In this document: positions 39,090 through 47,420 of the stretch, piece by piece | Layout: every line of letters begins with the position of its first letter | Numbering within the stretch: the first letter of the stretch is position 1 | The notes under the pieces: model-generated | Told to the model about the DNA's origin: nothing | The model's input: the letters and a program-made list of their open reading frames with translations, nothing else | Databases searched by the model: none | From: a virus | Taxonomy: Duplodnaviria > Heunggongvirae > Uroviricota > Caudoviricetes | Reading direction: 5' to 3' (one strand) | DNA length: 64,000 bases | Virus record (IMG/VR): IMGVR_UViG_2974588491_000001 | Location: 250,380-314,379 of that record | Position numbers and translations under genes: made by a program

Positions 39090-39336
39090 TAGTGAAGTTT
39101 ACAATGCAGCTATGATCTATCGTGAACTTCGTGCTAAACGTGGTTGTAGTAAAGATAAAAAGTACTGGAATACTGAATTAAGAATTCGTGTTGCAGTAGT
39201 TAATCATGAGATAATCATGAATCGTGGAAAGGCTGGAACAGATAAAGAACGTCCTGAACTTCAGGATGCATATGATTATCTGGCTGAAGGTTTAAAAGAA
39301 GCCATGACTTATGCTGTTCCACTTAAATGTCAGTAA
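39082..39336 (+). CDS. hypothetical protein
   Basis: ORF track frame. Confidence 0.6.
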   Translation: MTNSEVYNAAMIYRELRAKRGCSKDKKYWNTELRIRVAVVNHEIIMNRGKAGTDKERPELQDAYDYLAEGLKEAMTYAVPLKCQ

Positions 39337-39350
39337 AATAAAGAAAAAAC

Positions 39351-39380
39351 TTGAAACGGCGATAAAAACTGTGGTATAAT
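39351..39380 (+). promoter_or_regulatory. WTGAAAC-class promoter
   Basis: TTGAAACG...TGTGGTATAAT, 18-nt spacer. Confidence 0.7.
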
Positions 39381-39406
39381 AAAGGCATCGGTAAGGAGAT
39401 AAACAA

Positions 39407-39607
39407 ATGGCAAAGAATGGTCGTTTGGGTCGTTACACGGTGATTATTAATGGTGATTATGGTTATCTGAGTAAACATGTTAAAGCACATAGTTATTCTG
39501 AAGCTGAAGAAGTCGCCACGGAAGAATACAAAAACGAGAATCCTGAAGATAAAGATGTTGGCTGTGCTGGAATTATTCGCGGCTGGCATGTAGTTTGGGG
39601 TGCTTAA
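39407..39607 (+). CDS. hypothetical protein
   Basis: GGAG RBS. Confidence 0.65.
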   Translation: MAKNGRLGRYTVIINGDYGYLSKHVKAHSYSEAEEVATEEYKNENPEDKDVGCAGIIRGWHVVWGA

Positions 39608-39615
39608 AGAATTAC

Positions 39616-39690
39616 GCCTTTGTAGCTCAGCGGTAGAGCGGGGATCTCTAAAATCCTTTGTCGTGGGTTCGAATCCCTCCATCGGCACAA
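39616..39690 (+). tRNA. tRNA-Sup(CTA), putative amber suppressor
   Basis: GGGAT-CTCTAAA-ATCCT; canonical D and T loops; two acceptor mismatches; ends CAA. Confidence 0.75.
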
Positions 39691-39701
39691 ATTGAAAATA
39701 T

Positions 39702-39886
39702 AAGTGAGCTTTAGTGGTTCATTGGTAAAACAATGCGGGTAGTAGTGTTATTGACCTAGCACGTATCGGTTTCCTTAACTTTAGCCGATAAAGATTGGGG
39801 GTTTGAATCCCTCTACCCGCCGCACTAAAGGTAGCGTACATAGTACGAGCAACTAACACGAGGCGTCGGATTCCACGCCTACACTT
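39702..39886 (+). ncRNA. nested tRNA-like structured RNA
   Basis: inner cloverleaf 39735-39820 with 15-nt anticodon-position loop, inside CTTTAGTG/CACTAAAG and AAGTG/CACTT stems. Confidence 0.55.
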
Positions 39887-39903
39887 ATATTAAACTGTAC
39901 AAT

Positions 39904-39990
39904 GCGGGTGTGGCGGTATTGGTAGTACGCAAGGGATTTAAAATCCCTCAGACTTCGGTCTTGTGAGTTCGAATCTCATCACCCGTACCA
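39904..39990 (+). tRNA. tRNA-Leu(TAA)
   Basis: AGGGA-TTTAAAA-TCCCT, variable arm, CCA. Confidence 0.92.
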
Positions 39991-39992
39991 AT

Positions 39993-40104
39993 GCATAAAT
40001 GACGGAATTGGTAAACGTAGAGTCTGACAATAGCGAAAGCGACGATAGGACTTCGGGAGTAGCCGTGAGGTTCCCTTGTAGGTTCGAATCCTGCTTTATG
40101 CACC
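39993..40104 (+). ncRNA. class II tRNA-like RNA with 24-nt expanded anticodon loop
   Basis: acceptor GCATAAA/TTTATGC, Leu-type D arm, T-loop TTCGAAT, oversized anticodon and variable arms. Confidence 0.6.
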
Positions 40105-40127
40105 TTTTTAATTAAGCGGAGTTTATC

Positions 40128-40361
40128 ATGGATAAATGTACTGTTTGTAATGGTGATGGTTGGCATTATGGTGGTGATGGTACTATGTACGAATGTGAAC
40201 CATGTAATAGTACTGGTGTAGTTCAAACAAATCGTCGTGTACTTTCTGAAGAATCTTTCAATCAAGTACAAGAAGCAATTAACAAACCAGCTAATCCATT
40301 TTTAATGCTGCGTAAACTTATGCGTCGTAAAAGTACTAACAGTACTTATATCAAGAAATAA
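40128..40361 (+). CDS. small zinc-finger protein (CxxCxGxG)
   Basis: CTVCNGDG..CEPCNSTG. Confidence 0.65.
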   Translation: MDKCTVCNGDGWHYGGDGTMYECEPCNSTGVVQTNRRVLSEESFNQVQEAINKPANPFLMLRKLMRRKSTNSTYIKK

Positions 40362-40368
40362 TTAATTC

Positions 40369-40445
40369 GGCCCTTTGTACTGTCGCGTGAAAGTACTCTG
40401 CTCATAACAGATGTAAGGTGGGTTAGACTCCCACAAGGGCCACCA
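40369..40445 (+). tRNA. tRNA-(CAT), probably Ile2 rather than Met
   Basis: loop CTCATAA; acceptor GGCCCTT/AAGGGCC resembles ileX-type; CCA. Confidence 0.8.
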
Positions 40446-40471
40446 ACTTTTTAAATGGATTTTGTGTTTTA

Positions 40472-40876
40472 ATGAAAATGGATTTAGAATATCCGTACAA
40501 CCAAGATTGGCAACGCGGATACCTTGTGGTTAATCCAGAAGGAAGAAAAACAGTTATATTGTTTAATTCGGATAATGATAGAAGCTCTACTGCATATGCA
40601 CGATATTTACTAGCAGTAAAAGAGGGTAGATATTTAACTGAAAATGAACAAGCTGATCATATAGATGCGGATAAAACTAATGATAGTATTGATAATCTGC
40701 AAATATTAACAATAGAACAGCATAAAGAAAAAAGTTTATTTGAATCTCCTGGTAAAACGTATGTTGAATTTATATGCCAATATTGTGGGGAATCATTTAA
40801 AAGAGAAATTCGCCAAATTAAACCATACACTAAGTATTGTAGTAGAAGATGTGGATGGGATAGTTTAAAAAAATAA
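40472..40876 (+). CDS. HNH endonuclease with C-terminal zinc finger
   Basis: ADHIDADKTNDSIDNLQILT; CQYCG..YCSRRC. Confidence 0.82.
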   Translation: MKMDLEYPYNQDWQRGYLVVNPEGRKTVILFNSDNDRSSTAYARYLLAVKEGRYLTENEQADHIDADKTNDSIDNLQILTIEQHKEKSLFESPGKTYVEFICQYCGESFKREIRQIKPYTKYCSRRCGWDSLKK

Positions 40877-40887
40877 CTAAGAATTAT

Positions 40888-41054
40888 GCCGTGTACAGGT
40901 TCGATTCCTGTTCATTCACTGAGAGAAAGTACTCGAAAGGTGCACACAGTACAGTACGAGTATCAATAATGGTATTGTGATAGGGTGACAAGAAGATATT
41001 CTTGAGTGGTTGGTACTACGTTCATCTGAAATGGGTTCGAACCCCATTTGCGGC
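40888..41054 (+). ncRNA. structured RNA with two T-arm-like hairpins
   Basis: ACAGG-TTCGATT-CCTGT and AAATGGG-TTCGAAC-CCCATTT within GCCGT/GCGGC closing stem. Confidence 0.5.
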
Positions 41055-41235
41055 TCCTATTAATTGAGGATTGAATATGATGCAGTACTTAAAAGAAAAC
41101 TTGTGTTTTATTTTGTTCGGTATCTTATTCTTATGCGTCTGTGGCATTATTACTAATGCAATTATTGACGGTGTACAGCGTAACATCACTCAGAAAATGA
41201 TTGATGACACATATCGTATTCACAAGTGAGATCAT

Positions 41236-41436
41236 ATGACAATCAAAGAAATCCAAAAAGTACTCAGTACTTCGTTTAAAAACGGGGTATACATTCGCCG
41301 TCCAAGTTTTAACAACATTGAACTTTATATTAATAAAGATGGTAAAGTGTGGCAATGTGAAAAACTAACTGGTCACGTGTTCGAAACAGAACTCATGAAG
41401 CATGAATTTAATCATGATGATTGGGAAGTTGTATAA
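41236..41436 (+). CDS. hypothetical protein
   Basis: ORF track. Confidence 0.6.
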   Translation: MTIKEIQKVLSTSFKNGVYIRRPSFNNIELYINKDGKVWQCEKLTGHVFETELMKHEFNHDDWEVV

Positions 41437-41651
41437 TGAATACTATGTTTGTAATACAACTTATTATTTCAGCCATTCTCGGTGTAGCTTCAAGTATTTT
41501 GTATCCAGGTTTTAAATCCGGCTCATATAGCAGTATTTTTCTTGCTATAATCTTTATATCTATTTTCCTAATGGGTAAAGGTTTTGGTGAATTGTGTACT
41601 GCAATGAAACTTCGTGAAGATAAACCAGAATCGGGGTTTAAAAAGAAATGA
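41436..41651 (+). CDS. small membrane protein
   Basis: two TM segments. Confidence 0.6.
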   Translation: MNTMFVIQLIISAILGVASSILYPGFKSGSYSSIFLAIIFISIFLMGKGFGELCTAMKLREDKPESGFKKK

Positions 41652-41845
41652 GTCCAGTACTAGCAATTATTTGTATTTGGGCGTTTATGTTTTCGATTTA
41701 TTATATGAGTAAATCTATTAAAACTATAATCGCTGGTGAATTTCGTAAATTCGGGTCTGCTGTTGGTATGTTTGTACCATTTGCAATTGTTTGGATTGAT
41801 GCGTTTCTTCGTATCTTTTCGGTTCAACACACAGGTTTGTGGTAA
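41648..41845 (+). CDS. small membrane protein
   Basis: hydrophobic. Confidence 0.6.
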   Translation: MSPVLAIICIWAFMFSIYYMSKSIKTIIAGEFRKFGSAVGMFVPFAIVWIDAFLRIFSVQHTGLW

Positions 41846-42285
41846 TGGAAATTCTAACCCCTGATAATATGCCAGTTAAAGTACTGGCTGAAATGGCATT
41901 AAATGAAGGTTTATATCATTCACCAGCATGGACAATGATTTCATGTTATCGTGATATTATTACTAATCCAGATGTTGAAGAAACTTCAGTCATGCTGGTA
42001 CTGCGTGATGATGAACAGAATTGCATTGGTGCTACATTCTTCAATGATGAATTCTGTGATTATTATTGGGGTACTAACATTCAGATGTTTGTTAAGCCTC
42101 AGTATCGCGGTCAGGGGTATGCAAAATTATTATTCACACAACTGAATAATTACTTGAAAAAATCTGGCTGGAATGGTACACTGTTTTGCGGTTACGGTGT
42201 TGAAGGTTCAGGTAATTTTTGGTATCAAATGAACAAATTACATTTGAATGAACCTGAACAGTACTGTCAAGTTTGTTTAAATTAA
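41845..42285 (+). CDS. GNAT acetyltransferase-like protein
   Basis: MFVKPQYRGQGYAKLL (motif A). Confidence 0.7.
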   Translation: MEILTPDNMPVKVLAEMALNEGLYHSPAWTMISCYRDIITNPDVEETSVMLVLRDDEQNCIGATFFNDEFCDYYWGTNIQMFVKPQYRGQGYAKLLFTQLNNYLKKSGWNGTLFCGYGVEGSGNFWYQMNKLHLNEPEQYCQVCLN

Positions 42286-42292
42286 AAATTTA

Positions 42293-42377
42293 GCGTTTGT
42301 GGTGAAATTGGTAAACACAGGAGACTTAAAATCTCCCGCCTTTAGGTTTGTCGGTTCGAGTCCGACCAGACGCACCA
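42293..42377 (+). tRNA. tRNA-Leu(TAA)
   Basis: GGAGA-CTTAAAA-TCTCC, CCA. Confidence 0.93.
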
Positions 42378-42391
42378 ATCATGAGGTTTAT

Positions 42392-42604
42392 ATGGATAAG
42401 TACGTAATCTCTTATGTTGATAGTACTGGTAACACACATTATCTTATAAGTTCAGGTGCACAGACTTATACTGCCAATGTTGGCGAAGCTACAGAGTTCG
42501 ATCATGAAACTGCAATTGCATTGCAAAACTATATTACTCGTGTGAAGAAAACTGAAGCTCAAATGTCACGTGTTGAAAAAATCTATCATAAGGTTCAAAA
42601 CTGA
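42392..42604 (+). CDS. hypothetical protein
   Basis: GAGG RBS, ORF track frame. Confidence 0.6.
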   Translation: MDKYVISYVDSTGNTHYLISSGAQTYTANVGEATEFDHETAIALQNYITRVKKTEAQMSRVEKIYHKVQN

Positions 42605-42849
42605 TGAAGACTTTGAATAAACTGATTTTGGGTGTAGCAATTGCTGCTGCCCTAGTTAGTACTGCAAACGCAGAAAGAATGCGACCCGCACGATATATTG
42701 CAGAGTGCTCCACTCCGAAAGGAGTTTATGAAGAAAAAGTGTATGATTACGACTACTATAATGGTAGTAGTATCAAAGTAACACCACTTCTCGGAAAGCA
42801 AATTTTATTTGTAAATGCTTTTTGTGTATTTTATCCATTGGAAAATTAA
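42604..42849 (+). CDS. secreted hypothetical protein
   Basis: signal-peptide-like N-terminus. Confidence 0.65.
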   Translation: MKTLNKLILGVAIAAALVSTANAERMRPARYIAECSTPKGVYEEKVYDYDYYNGSSIKVTPLLGKQILFVNAFCVFYPLEN

Positions 42850-42851
42850 TA

Positions 42852-43079
42852 ATGAAAATTATCGAAGATGCAGTACTGGCTAAAATGAATCTGCAACGTC
42901 TGAAAGCACATCGCACTTCAGTACTTGCACATATTAGTAAAAACTTTTATGAAAACGACGAAGATGATATTCGCCGTCCAGTAAATCACGATACTCAAGA
43001 ATTTAAAGATGCTATTGAGTATCGTAATAAAGTAAACAAATACTACGACTCTGCTCGTACCGCAATTAAGGTTAAGTAA
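42852..43079 (+). CDS. hypothetical protein
   Basis: ORF track frame. Confidence 0.6.
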   Translation: MKIIEDAVLAKMNLQRLKAHRTSVLAHISKNFYENDEDDIRRPVNHDTQEFKDAIEYRNKVNKYYDSARTAIKVK

Positions 43080-43339
43080 TGTCTGATAAGTTTATTCTTG
43101 AAACACGCTTTTGTATGGTAAGCAGTGATGTTAATTCAGTAGGTAAGATGCTTGGCCTGGAATGGAACTATGTTTGTGGTTTAGTTTCTGAGGCAGGATT
43201 GTACGGCGAAGATGGTGCTGGTTATACTATCGTTGAACGTGATGAATATGAATTTGATTCAGAACTGGATCAAATCTTTGACAAAATTTTTGCAGACAAT
43301 CCAGAATGTAATGTAATTTATATTTTAGACGACTGCTAA
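43079..43339 (+). CDS. hypothetical protein
   Basis: ORF track. Confidence 0.65.
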   Translation: MSDKFILETRFCMVSSDVNSVGKMLGLEWNYVCGLVSEAGLYGEDGAGYTIVERDEYEFDSELDQIFDKIFADNPECNVIYILDDC

Positions 43340-43345
43340 AAACCC

Positions 43346-43374
43346 TTGACAGTACTGTAACTGTATGATATAGT
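43346..43374 (+). promoter_or_regulatory. sigma70-type promoter
   Basis: TTGACA-N17-TATAGT. Confidence 0.6.
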
Positions 43375-43401
43375 ACTGTTTATTAAGTGAGAGAACAAAT
43401 C

Positions 43402-43605
43402 ATGACTAAAGCAGAATTGATTGAAGCATTGAAAGATTATCCAGATGATGCCTGTATTGAAATAGTACATGGTTCTGGTGGCAATCATTATGATATTGGT
43501 AAAGTAGTACATTATAATGATTATGGTATTCAAATTGCAGAACTGGCTATTAGTGAACCTAAAACTGTGCCAGAATCTATTATTCGTGGTATTCGCGAGG
43601 CTTAA
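43402..43605 (+). CDS. hypothetical protein
   Basis: ORF track frame. Confidence 0.6.
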   Translation: MTKAELIEALKDYPDDACIEIVHGSGGNHYDIGKVVHYNDYGIQIAELAISEPKTVPESIIRGIREA

Positions 43606-44406
43606 ATGAACGAGTTCATCGAGAAGTTTATTACAGGTTATACTGGTTTGAGTTCTAAAACTCGTAACCATATTCGTTCTTTCAACCGCCGAATCAGTAA
43701 TTACAAATTTGTAATGATTCATCCAGTACTTATTAAAGATGATTATGAACTGATGGTGGGATTTGTTAATGACAACTCCAATATCTGGCCTTTGGGTGAA
43801 GAAGAACAGCGTAAAGCGTTTGAATTCATTGGTCATCGTGGTCATGAATTCCTGCGTACTGATGATAAGCTGGATACGGAAATGTTCAACCAAACGTTGT
43901 ACATTGAAACTTCCCGTTTCTCTCCAATTGCTTTGGAAACCGGTTCTTGGGAGCAATTACTGAATGCTCCGAAAATCGAAGATGGTGACTTTGAACTTCT
44001 CAGTGAACCATTTAGTACTTTCTTTAATCTGGATGAACATTACAACAACGATTTTGACGTATGGGAATTCTTTCAAGAAAAGAATAAACCATCTGACGTA
44101 GAACTGCGTGTTGTCTGGAAAGATGTTGACAGTGACCATAAGTACGGGAACATTAACACACTAATTTTCTGGCAGGGTGAATTCATCGGATGGGTGAATA
44201 GTGGTTCTAAATGGTTGGCAACACACGTGTATAATACTGTGAATGCTGAACGTTGGGCTGCATTCATGCAGTACTTGTATCAGTGTTCCGGTCAAACGCC
44301 AAATAATACATTACGTGGAATTTACGTGGTTGACATGAATAGCGTTACTGACGTTGAGAGTGTTATCAGTATTCCTGGATTAACTGAACCAGATTACGGT
44401 GAATAA
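43606..44406 (+). CDS. hypothetical protein
   Basis: 266 aa ORF. Confidence 0.75.
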   Translation: MNEFIEKFITGYTGLSSKTRNHIRSFNRRISNYKFVMIHPVLIKDDYELMVGFVNDNSNIWPLGEEEQRKAFEFIGHRGHEFLRTDDKLDTEMFNQTLYIETSRFSPIALETGSWEQLLNAPKIEDGDFELLSEPFSTFFNLDEHYNNDFDVWEFFQEKNKPSDVELRVVWKDVDSDHKYGNINTLIFWQGEFIGWVNSGSKWLATHVYNTVNAERWAAFMQYLYQCSGQTPNNTLRGIYVVDMNSVTDVESVISIPGLTEPDYGE

Positions 44407-44710
44407 TATGACATTCATGCATTTTGTTAACTTCGGAAAGAAAAAACCACAAAGTGATGAAAAAATTATTATTCATCTTGAACATTCTGTTTTTGAAAGT
44501 GGCATTACTGAAGAATTGGAAGGTATAATCGCAAAAGCATTAAAAGATGGTACATGGTCACGTACTACGCTTATACCACCATCACCAATAAGTATCAATA
44601 TGAGTACTGGTGAAGGTACACCATTGCCACTAGGTCAAATGTCAACGGATATTTTAATTGACATGTGTAATGAAATCCTTAAACGTTTGCAGGATGATAC
44701 TGATGAATGA
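44399..44710 (+). CDS. hypothetical protein
   Basis: ORF track. Confidence 0.6.
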   Translation: MNNMTFMHFVNFGKKKPQSDEKIIIHLEHSVFESGITEELEGIIAKALKDGTWSRTTLIPPSPISINMSTGEGTPLPLGQMSTDILIDMCNEILKRLQDDTDE

Positions 44711-45110
44711 ACTGATTGAAACTTGGATGCACAATGTTAAAGTGTATCCACCTGCGGAAATCTTTTTTGAAAAGTACGGGAAAGAAGCAAAAGCTGAAGA
44801 ACGTATTAAGCAACTTTGTGAAGATGTTTATCGTTTCTGCTTCCCTGAAGGTACTAAAAACCCGTTGGGTGATCTTGGTCAATCGTATCGTGAATTTGAA
44901 GTTGCATATCTTATGGGCTTCGACGGCATGAAACCAGAGTACATCACAAAAGTTAAAGATGCGTTCCTTGCTGATGTGAAGTACGCAATAACTGAACTGG
45001 AAAAAATGTTCAAAAAGGATCAAATCCTTCAGCAGTACTATGCACCGTGGAAAGTCAAATTCGCGGATATTAACTCAGCCGTTTATGATATGACTAAGGA
45101 TTATGTATGA
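44703..45110 (+). CDS. hypothetical protein
   Basis: ORF track frame. Confidence 0.65.
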   Translation: MNELIETWMHNVKVYPPAEIFFEKYGKEAKAEERIKQLCEDVYRFCFPEGTKNPLGDLGQSYREFEVAYLMGFDGMKPEYITKVKDAFLADVKYAITELEKMFKKDQILQQYYAPWKVKFADINSAVYDMTKDYV

Positions 45111-45334
45111 AAATCTTAGCCATTGAACGTTATGGTGATTTTGATATGCCATATCTGGTATTATTCAAAGGTTCAGAAGAATCCCCTGAACCATCGGTAG
45201 TACTTGCTGAACTTGAAGCAATCAATGAACCAACTTGGTTGGAACAAGAGAAACTTCATAATCAAATGGTTCGTATTTTGACTAGTCATGGCTATACAAA
45301 ATTTGAACCACCAATGGTCACTATTAGTGATTAA
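45107..45334 (+). CDS. hypothetical protein
   Basis: ORF track. Confidence 0.6.
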   Translation: MKILAIERYGDFDMPYLVLFKGSEESPEPSVVLAELEAINEPTWLEQEKLHNQMVRILTSHGYTKFEPPMVTISD

Positions 45335-45343
45335 TATTTAAAA

Positions 45344-45461
45344 GCAGTGATCGTCTAGCGGCCCAGGACACGAAAAGCGATTCTTGATTAAGAATCTTAC
45401 GGCATCTATAACTTTCATTTCACGAACGTAACGTAGGTTCGAATCCTACTCACTGCTCAAA
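45344..45461 (+). tRNA. intron-containing tRNA-Glu(TTC)
   Basis: Glu-type D arm GTCTAGCGGCCCAGGAC; ~42-nt insert 45373-45414; TTTTCAC loop; perfect acceptor and T arms. Confidence 0.7.
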
Positions 45462-45480
45462 TTATAAAAGGCTTTTTAAA

Positions 45481-45774
45481 ATGAAAAGTATTTTATTCTT
45501 TCAATATGCAGCAACTGGTGAAGGTTGGCGTACAGAAATCCGTTTCTGTAATCAGTCAAGACTCAGTGATGAACAAGCGATAGAACAGTTTAAGCAGAAA
45601 CATCACGAGTACTTTCATTGTGGTATAGAAATGCATGACATTGATGAAGCGAAGGAAGACAAACGTTTTCTGCAACATTTGCAAGAACACGTACCTGCTT
45701 TACATCGTTATGTTGTGGGAAATCGTGGTTGTTTAATTGATATTGACTACGTTCATTACGTGAATTTCTCATAA
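45481..45774 (+). CDS. hypothetical protein
   Basis: ORF track. Confidence 0.65.
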   Translation: MKSILFFQYAATGEGWRTEIRFCNQSRLSDEQAIEQFKQKHHEYFHCGIEMHDIDEAKEDKRFLQHLQEHVPALHRYVVGNRGCLIDIDYVHYVNFS

Positions 45775-45849
45775 AAATCCTTGACTTGCGTCGGTTGACC
45801 TGATAGAATGTATTTACTGATTTGAAATATAAAAGTTAACGAGGCTATC

Positions 45850-46131
45850 ATGAGCAACGGTACTGGTATTGCAATGCGTATTCAGATATTACCTAGTGGT
45901 CTTATCATCGGTCATGTGGTTCCTGAAGAACATCCGGCAAATGGTCATATTACAATGAAAACTGATCACGTATATGAGTTGCAGTTTGAACTTGCATACG
46001 GACGTGAACAATTGCGTGATATTGGCGAAGCCGATGTGAAAATGTTTGATATTCAACCTGGTGGTTGTGGTCTGGATAAATTCATTGCTCTGGCTGGTGG
46101 TAAACATCTTACTGTGAAGAACGGAAAGTAA
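45850..46131 (+). CDS. hypothetical protein
   Basis: GAGG RBS. Confidence 0.65.
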   Translation: MSNGTGIAMRIQILPSGLIIGHVVPEEHPANGHITMKTDHVYELQFELAYGREQLRDIGEADVKMFDIQPGGCGLDKFIALAGGKHLTVKNGK

Positions 46132-46133
46132 CC

Positions 46134-46331
46134 ATGAAAGTACAATGGATCAAAATTAAAAATCCAGACGATATGCAATTCTTCGCTGGAAAGATTTATC
46201 CAAAAGATGATGCTGACTATCAGTACATCGAAGATGAATTTGGTACTCAGTACTCAGTAAGTCCTGATGGACTTAAAGAACTTCAGAATTTCGGATGGGA
46301 AATTGAGGTACAATATGAAAGTATACATTGA
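46134..46331 (+). CDS. hypothetical protein
   Basis: ORF track. Confidence 0.6.
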   Translation: MKVQWIKIKNPDDMQFFAGKIYPKDDADYQYIEDEFGTQYSVSPDGLKELQNFGWEIEVQYESIH

Positions 46332-46680
46332 TGATATTCGTGATCCTCAAAAGTACTTGACTGCTGAACAAGCTGAAGGTATTGTATGGCTCAAAGAATG
46401 GTGGGAAGCAAAACGTTTTTTGATTGAACATTCTTCTGAAATTGAAGTAATTCATTTTGACCATTATATGGATGAACCAACTTTAACTGGTACTGATCTG
46501 TTTATGATGGTTGCGGGTGATTGCATGTGGGGTGATAAAGAAAATTGGCCTAATGTGAAAACCATTTATCTTCATTCTTCGGATGAAGACAGTATTGAAG
46601 AATTGATGGAAAACTATGCAGAACCTATGCATAAGGCTGGTGTAGAAGTTATCAATAATAGTCAGAGGAATAATTACTGA
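46315..46680 (+). CDS. receiver-fold protein (cyclic-phosphate-processing type), paralog 1
   Basis: MKVYIDDIRDP...IHFDHYM...TGTDL...IYLHSS. Confidence 0.65.
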   Translation: MKVYIDDIRDPQKYLTAEQAEGIVWLKEWWEAKRFLIEHSSEIEVIHFDHYMDEPTLTGTDLFMMVAGDCMWGDKENWPNVKTIYLHSSDEDSIEELMENYAEPMHKAGVEVINNSQRNNY

Positions 46681-47036
46681 TGAAAGTATATGTTGATGAT
46701 ATTCGTAATCCAGAAAACCATCTCAGTGCTGAACAGGCAGAAGGAATCCACTGGAAAAAAGAATGGTGGGAAGCAAAGAACTTTATCTTCGATAACTGCG
46801 AAGAAATTGAAACTATCCATCTGGACAATTTCTTAGGTGATCGTACTCATACTGGTGCTGATATACTTCGTATGGTAACTCGTAGTTTAAAACGCGGTAC
46901 GTTCCCTAAACTGAAACAAATTTATCTTCACAGTTCTGACAAAGAAGTTGTGAATAACTTATATAACTCTCAGATTGAGTGTTGTAAAGAAGCAGGTGTT
47001 GAGTTAATTAAAAACTCACGTCCTAATCGTACTTAA
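46680..47036 (+). CDS. receiver-fold protein (cyclic-phosphate-processing type), paralog 2
   Basis: MKVYVDDIRNP...IHLDNFLG..TGADI...IYLHSS. Confidence 0.65.
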   Translation: MKVYVDDIRNPENHLSAEQAEGIHWKKEWWEAKNFIFDNCEEIETIHLDNFLGDRTHTGADILRMVTRSLKRGTFPKLKQIYLHSSDKEVVNNLYNSQIECCKEAGVELIKNSRPNRT

Positions 47037-47044
47037 TAAAATAT

Positions 47045-47169
47045 GGCGAGTTAGCTCAGTGGTAGAGCACGTATGAAACCCAGGATTCCTGTACTTGAAT
47101 CCCGCAGCAACTATACTCTCAAGCCTTTTAAGCTCGTGGTCATTGGTTCGAATCCAATACTCGCCACCA
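47045..47169 (+). tRNA. intron-containing tRNA-Lys(TTT)
   Basis: removing 47072-47121 gives perfect CGAGC-CTTTTAA-GCTCG; all other arms canonical; CCA. Confidence 0.8.
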
Positions 47170-47186
47170 AACATTGAGGAAAAGAT

Positions 47187-47420
47187 ATGTCTATCTTTGC
47201 TGAAATTAAACAAAGTTTTTTAGATGCAGTACGTACTGATGTGACTTTTGCTGATCCAGCAATTGCACGTGAGCAATCATCTAAGTCAGTAAACCCTACT
47301 ACTTATGATCGCTATCAGAAGTATCATTTTGACGCTGGTGAAATGTCTAAACTGGACAAAGTACTTGGCAATTTTATTAACCCTGTAATCGATAATATTA
47401 AAAAGGTTATCATTAAATGA
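47187..47420 (+). CDS. hypothetical protein
   Basis: GAGG RBS. Confidence 0.65.
   Translation: MSIFAEIKQSFLDAVRTDVTFADPAIAREQSSKSVNPTTYDRYQKYHFDAGEMSKLDKVLGNFINPVIDNIKKVIIK

Noticed and set aside
39702-39886. tmRNA
   Set aside because: No tag reading frame, no G3-U70 Ala acceptor with CCA end, and too short.
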